A DNA stretch of 64,000 bases, taken from Leucoraja erinacea. Taxonomy: Eukaryota. Location: the NCBI RefSeq assembly GCF_028641065.1, contig NC_073394.1, forward strand, positions 41,230,001 through 41,294,000. The letters run 5' to 3'. Shown here one piece after another: positions 58,250 through 64,000 of the stretch (position 1 is the stretch's first letter; every line of letters starts with the position of its first letter). Made by a program: the position numbers and the translations under genes. The notes beneath the pieces are model-generated. The model was not told the origin of the DNA. It worked only from the letters and a program-made list of their open reading frames with translations, and did no database searches.

Positions 58250-58444
58250 TTGAAGATAGACACAAAATGCAGGAGTAACTCAGCAGGACCGGCAGCATCT
58301 CTGGAGAGAAGCAATGGGTGACATTTCGGGTCAAGACCCTTCTTTTCAGACTGAAGAAATCTCGACACGAAACATCACCCATTGCTTCTCTCCAGAGATG
58401 CTGCCGGTCCCACTGAGTTACTCCAGCTTTGTGTCCATCTTCAA
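58250..58444. repeat. ~195-bp near-perfect palindrome formed by two head-to-head Penelope termini
   Basis: Left arm 58250-58345 is the reverse complement of right arm 58350-58444. Confidence 0.88.
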
Positions 58445-59099
58445 ATGATGTCACGCGCTCCAGACGGCTTCACAGGACCATCTCGTCTCACGTAATTTGC
58501 GTGCCAAAGGACACGTAAGTGGGACAGGCCCTTAACTCTAAACTAAACTAAACATTGTTAGCTGTGGGCACGGTGAAAACTCGTATAACTCATACAAGGT
58601 GTCTAACTCGTTCTCACCTTGACCACAATTAACAATGGACTATTGAGTCTAAGGAAGGGTCTCGATACACGAAACATCACCCATTCCTTCCATCCAGAGA
58701 GGCTGCTTGTCCCGCTGAGTTACTCCAGCATTTTGTTTCTATCCTCTACAACAATAAAAGGCTTGGCGGAACTGTGTTTGAATGTGACAGGGAAATTAAC
58801 AAAGGTATGAATCCAGAGAGGTAAAAACTCATCAAATCATACAGATCAGAAACAGGAATTAATCCAATCTATATGCTGATTAAAATTAAAAGCACACATG
58901 ATAATTGCTGCTGCATTTCTGTTCTTTCCATGTTCTCCCATTTACAGTTTGTACTGTCAATAGGCAACATGTTTGAGGTCTTTACAGTTTAGTTTATGGT
59001 CACGTGTACCGAGGTGCAGTGAAAAGCTTTTGTTGCATAATCAAGCCATTTACAGTGTATAGATACATGATAAGGGAATAACGTTCAGGGCAAGATCAC

Positions 59100-59460
59100 C
59101 AATGAGGTAGATAGTAGTTCAGCACTGCTCTCTGGTTGTAGTAGGATGGTTCAGTTGCCAGATAACAGCTGGGAAGAAACTGTCCCTGAATCTGTGCGTT
59201 TTCACACTTCTATACCTTTTGCCTGATGGGAGAGAGAAGAGGGAGTGGCCAGGGTTCGACTCGTCCTTGATTATGCTGCTGGCCTTGCCGAGGCAGCGTG
59301 AGGTATAAATGGAGTCAATGGAAATGTGATAGACACAAATAGAAATAGACAATAGATGCAGGAGTAGGCCATTCTGCCCTTTGAGCCAGTACCGCCATTC
59401 ACTGTGATCATGGCTGATCATTCACAATCGGTACCCCATTCTTGCCTTCTCCCCATAGTG
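59100..59460 (-). mobile_element. Rex1-type and CR1 3' fragments
   Basis: [21 protein letters not shown]; CR1 3' UTR. Confidence 0.7.
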
Positions 59461-61377
59461 ATAGACACAGTGCTGAAGTAACTCTGTGAGTCAGGCAACA
59501 CCTCCAGAGAAGAAGAATGGCCGATGTTTGGGGTCGGGACCCGTCTAACTTGCAGTAAATGCTAGTTATTGATCAGCTTGCACAGAGAAGTGTGCATTTA
59601 CCTTTTGCTTCAAAGGTTATTTCCTGAAGCTTTTTTTTGTTTACAGAGCAAGTAAATGATTAGCACCCGTCTGAAATCTGATTTGGTATTTTGTCCAAGA
59701 TCCACATTACTGCAAAAAAAATAGGATAAATATTGAAAATGATACATTTGGAATCTGAGCACCAAAGGATTTTTCAGAATTGTAAAGCATTGTTCAAATT
59801 TTCAAAACCATTTCATGTTTCCTTCAAAGGCTTATTTTATTTGGAATTGTGGGCACCCTAGAATTGTGGAGGCTTTTTTACAGATTACAGCTACTGGGTG
59901 GGTCGTAGAGTATATAAAATTATGAGGCCTCCCAGGGGATAGCAATAAGGTGAGAGTGGGAAAGTTTAATGGAGATGTGCAGGGCAAGATTTTTTACAGA
60001 GTGGTCGGAGCCTGGGATGCATTGCTGGGGTTGTGGTGGAGGCAGATATGATAGTGGTGTTTAAGAGGCTTTTAGACAGGCACATGGAAGTGCAGGCAAT
60101 AGAGGGATGTGGATAATGTACAGGCAGATAAAATCAGTTTAACTCCATCATGTTCGCTACACACATGAGCTGCAGGCTCCATTCCCGTCCTGTGCTCCTC
60201 TATACTGGTCTTTAATTTGAAGAGTACATTTTTTTCTAATTATTTGAGAATTATGATAAAAATGGATCCGTCCCATTACTTGTCTCCAGAGGTTCTGCCA
60301 GTCCCGTTGAGTTACTCCAGCACTTTGTGTCTACCTTTGGTTTAGTCCAGCATCTGCAGTTCCTTCCTACACCTTCCAATGAAAGATCTGTAAACCATCT
60401 GTCCAATGCCTCTTAAGATGCCAGAAGCAATGTAAACATTCCTGAATGATTTTCTCACCTAATGGAAGTGAGGAATTGAAGAGAAGGAAAGAGCGTGGGA
60501 GAAATGATTCAATTCATAGAATTGTAGTTTTTCTTTAGTCTCCAGCTACAATCAGTTTTATTGAAAGGTGTTTAGAAAATACCTCATACATTCCCAATAA
60601 TTTCCTCTCAATGTAAAATGTGCCTCCAGAGAAATGAAACCAGAAAATAGATGAGACATCATCAATGGAGAAATAGTCAGCTTTTCCACTCTTTGATAGA
60701 AGTCAGTACATTTTTTTAAATAGACAGTCAGAGCCTGTTTCCCCAAGGTGCGAATGTCAAAGACTAGAGGGCACAGCTTTAAGGTGAGAGGTGCAAAGTT
60801 GAAAAGACATTTATGGGACAAGTTATTTTTTGCACAGAGGGTGAAGGATTCTAGAACGTGCTGCCAGGGGTGGTGGTGGAGGCAGATATATGATAGTGGC
60901 ATTTAGGAGGCTACAAGATAGGCGCATGGATATGCAGGGAATGGGGGGATATAGATCACATGCAGGCAGTGGAGATTAGTTTCATTTAACATCGTGTTTG
61001 GCACGGACATTGTGGGCCAAGGGGCCTCATTATACCAAAGATGTGCTGAAAAGTTAATTCACTATGGTAAATTATTCACATTGTATGCAAAACATGGACT
61101 AAGACGGAACAGAAGAGCACAGGACAGGCCCTTCGGCCCTCAATGTCTGTGCTGGATATGATGCCTGGTTAAATTACTCTCTGCTGCACATGATCCATAT
61201 CCCTCCATTCCCTGCACTTCCATAGTCTAACTAACAGATTGTTAACACCATTATCGTATCTGCCTCCACCAACACCACTAGCAGTGTGTTCTAGGCACCC
61301 ACTATCCTCTGTGTAAAATATTATCTTCATTTACCCTTAAACCTGGAGCACGTTGACCTGTGAATAAATAAAGACCG

Positions 61378-61752
61378 TAGATAGACACAAAATACTGGAG
61401 TAATTCAGTGGGTCGAGCATATTCTCTGGAGAGAAGGAATGGTGACATTTCAGGGCGAGACACTTCTTCAGATGAGAGTCAGGGGAGAGGGAAACTGGAG
61501 ATGTGTAAAGGCACTGAACAAACAGCCGGAACCGATGACTCAGGAAAGGTGGAGCCCACAATGGTCCATTGTTGGCAGTGGAGGAGGTGATAAAGAAAGG
61601 GATGCGAACAGCAAGGTGACTAGTGTGGGAGAGGTACAGAGAGGGAGGGAATGCAAAGGTTACTTCAAATTATAGAAATCAATTTTCATACCATTGGATT
61701 GTAAGTTGCCCAAGATAAATATGAGGTGCTGTTCCTCTAATTTGCATGTGGC
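61378..61752 (-). mobile_element. Penelope-like 3' fragment with hammerhead-like core at 61441-61474
   Basis: EEQHLIFILA end; CUGAAGA..GAAAUGUC. Confidence 0.7.
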
Positions 61753-61853
61753 ATGGTCTTTAACCATGTTGGTGCCAGTTAGAATCAGGTTGAATAATTC
61801 ACGCAGCCCTGTGTTACAGGAAGTCCTTACGAGGCCAGAATCGTTGGAAGAAG

Positions 61854-63229
61854 ATGAGTGTCACTGTGGTTGACTTTGGCTCATTTGCCTTGGGTCAAGC
61901 TGTACCTTCAGCCCATGAAATGAAACGATTATCCACAGAGATCGGACGGGCATTCAGTCAACTTGGATTTGTGTACCTCAAAAACACCGGCATCAAAGAT
62001 GAGCAAGTATGCACGCACTTTAATATCCCGTTATATTGTGCTGTACTACTGTCTAAGGAGGATGGTGGCAAGGTGTGGAGACTCTGGTCTCAAAAGACAA
62101 TCTAGCATCATCTGATACGATCAATCCACTTTCACATCTCTTTGTGAAGCTGGAGGAAGGAAGAAAAATGTGAGGAGAGAAATAGGTGCAGGTCCAGATG
62201 GGACACAAGGGAAGGGGGAGGGGAGGGGGGGGGGGGGAGAGAAAGAAGTGGGGAAGAAGGGAAATGGGAGGTTTATGTAGTTACCTAAAATAGAAGAATT
62301 CAATGTTCATACCACAGGGGTGTAAAGTACCCAAACAGAAGATGAGGTGCTGTTCCTCCAGTTTGTGCGAGGCTTCACTCTGGCAATGGGGGAGGCCCAG
62401 GACAGAAAGGTCAATGTGGGAATGGGAAGGGGAGTTAAAATAGTTTGCGACCAGGAGATCCAGCAGGCATAGGTGGAGCAAGCGTAGAAATGTAGAAGTC
62501 AGTTGCATTTGGAAAGAGGAGATTTATTAATTATCACCTATCTCACCCTTTGAGAATCGTTAACAATGGACATGAACCTTAGTGTACCTATGCCAATTGT
62601 ACAGTACATTTAATCTTGGACCATTGCTCCACAGGTGTTTGAAGCAATGGACATCTGCAGGAAGTTCTTTCTACTTCCCAAGGCCATTAAACAGCAATAT
62701 GCTCGTTCCAAGGACTCAGATATTCCATGCCATGGCTGGATAGATTTTCAGACTGAGAGGTAAGGTTCCCAACAGATTTCCCTTTCTTGCATCCACATTG
62801 CTGAAAGGAAATATTATGAAGCACATACCAGGAAGATTATTTATTGAATGCATAAACTGTAAGGTCTGACATCACGGCACTCTGGTGCTGTGGGTAGAGC
62901 TGCTGCCTTACAGCACCAGAGACCCGGGATCAATCCTGACTGCGGGTGCTGTATGTACACAGATTGTACGTTCTCCCTGTGACCGCGTGGGTTTCTTCTG
63001 GTGCTCGGTTTCCTCCCACATCCCAAAGTCTTATGGATTTGTGGCTTAATTGGCTTCTGTAAATTTATTCAACACATCTGTGGAAGTGTCAGGACAAATG
63101 ACTGAGTAACATTTAAGCACGGATCTTTATATAAACAAATGTAAATATTCTTCTCTTCACAGCTTAAACCCAACGGAACTGAATGACCTGAAAGAAGCCT
63201 TTAATGTGACATCGTTGTCTTCCACTGAC
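61854..63229 (+). CDS. 2-oxoglutarate/Fe(II)-dependent dioxygenase (IPNS-like, DIOX_N N-terminus); coding exons 61854-62006, 62635-62759, 63163-63229; continues beyond the window
   Basis: MSVTVVDF...EIGRAFSQLGFVYLKNTGI / ..RKFFLLPKAIKQQY...HGWIDFQTE / SLNPTELNDLKEAFNV; GT-AG junctions in phases 0, 2, 0 keep one frame; acceptor tgttacag|G at 61820 implies an upstream UTR exon. Confidence 0.88.
62200..62485 (-). mobile_element. Penelope-like 3' fragment in dioxygenase intron 1
   Basis: FNSPSHSHIDLSVLGL..KLEEQHLIF. Confidence 0.8.
62873..63062 (+). mobile_element. tRNA-derived SINE
   Basis: Head ggtagagctgctgccttacagcaccagagacccgggatcaatcc and shared body. Confidence 0.72.
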
Positions 63230-64000
63230 GTAAGATCTCAGAATTCACATTGAGATTGGTTTGCAATCCATGTCATTGTCCACATGCCAGGAACGAGGCA
63301 TTCTGGCTGTTGTGCCACTGGGGAAATGTTACTCACAAACACAGAACATAGAGCATAGAACAGCACCGCAGAGGAACAGACCCTTCAGCCCACACTGTCC
63401 ATGCTGAAAATGATGCTGTTAAATAAATCTCCTCTGCCTGCACGTGATCCATATCTCTCCGTTCCCTGCATATCCATGTAGCTATCCAAAATTCATTTAA
63501 ATGCCACTGTCGAATCTGCCTCCACCATCATCCCTGACAGTGCGGAGTCTGTGTGGAGTTTGCACGTTCTCTCTGCTATTATTCGGGTGCTCAGTTTCTT
63601 CCCACATCCTAAAAACATGTGGGTTTGTTGGTTAATTGGCCCTCTGTAAATTTCCCATAGCGTGTAACGAGTAGGTGAGAATTTGGGGTAACATAGTCAA
63701 GTCAATTTTATTTCTAAAGCACATTTAAAAACAACTCTCGTTGACCAAAGTGCTTTACATTAGTGCAGGTACTAACATGCTACAAACAGTGGTACATAGA
63801 TCAACAATACATACCTAAATACATACATACAGCGCTCCCTCAGAGGACCTCAAGAAATGCTTGTGAGTAAAAATAGGTTTTAAGTCTAGACTTAAAGGAG
63901 TTGATGGAGGGGGAAGTTCTGATGGGAAGAGGGATGCTGTTCCACAGTCTAAGTGCTGCAACCGCAAAAGCGCGGTCGCCCGAGCTTATACCGGGATAGT

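Overview
Repeat-dense vertebrate genomic DNA. The mix of CR1, Rex1, L2, L1, Penelope, DIRS and tRNA-SINE families suggests a cartilaginous fish such as a skate or ray (inference). Two spliced host genes lie head-to-head. (1) Minus strand: a B7-H6/NCR3LG1-like Ig-superfamily gene reconstructed from GT-AG, all-phase-1 exons: signal peptide 36302-36350, IgV 26277-26609, IgC1 14399-14710, TM 12026-12127. Its cytoplasmic tail is built from tandemly duplicated 90-bp exons (6873-6962, 6282-6371, 281-370, plus a decapitated copy at 11354-11417) and runs off the left edge. A second TM-like in-frame segment sits at ~12950-13070. (2) Plus strand: the first three coding exons of a 2-oxoglutarate/Fe(II) dioxygenase of the IPNS/DIOX_N type (61854-63229), running off the right edge. 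The rest is mostly nested mobile DNA: two Gypsy elements, two end-to-end DIRS (tyrosine recombinase) retrotransposons with terminal repeats and ICR, two copies of a TAG..CTA DNA transposon (7-bp TSD, Tudor-like C-terminus) reciprocally nested with the DIRS elements, Penelope elements carrying minimal hammerhead ribozyme motifs, a small Helitron, a tandem duplication with a 21-bp minisatellite, a ~1.1-kb almost pure C/G tract (probably an artefact) and two N-gaps. No database search was run; family calls rest on motif recognition.
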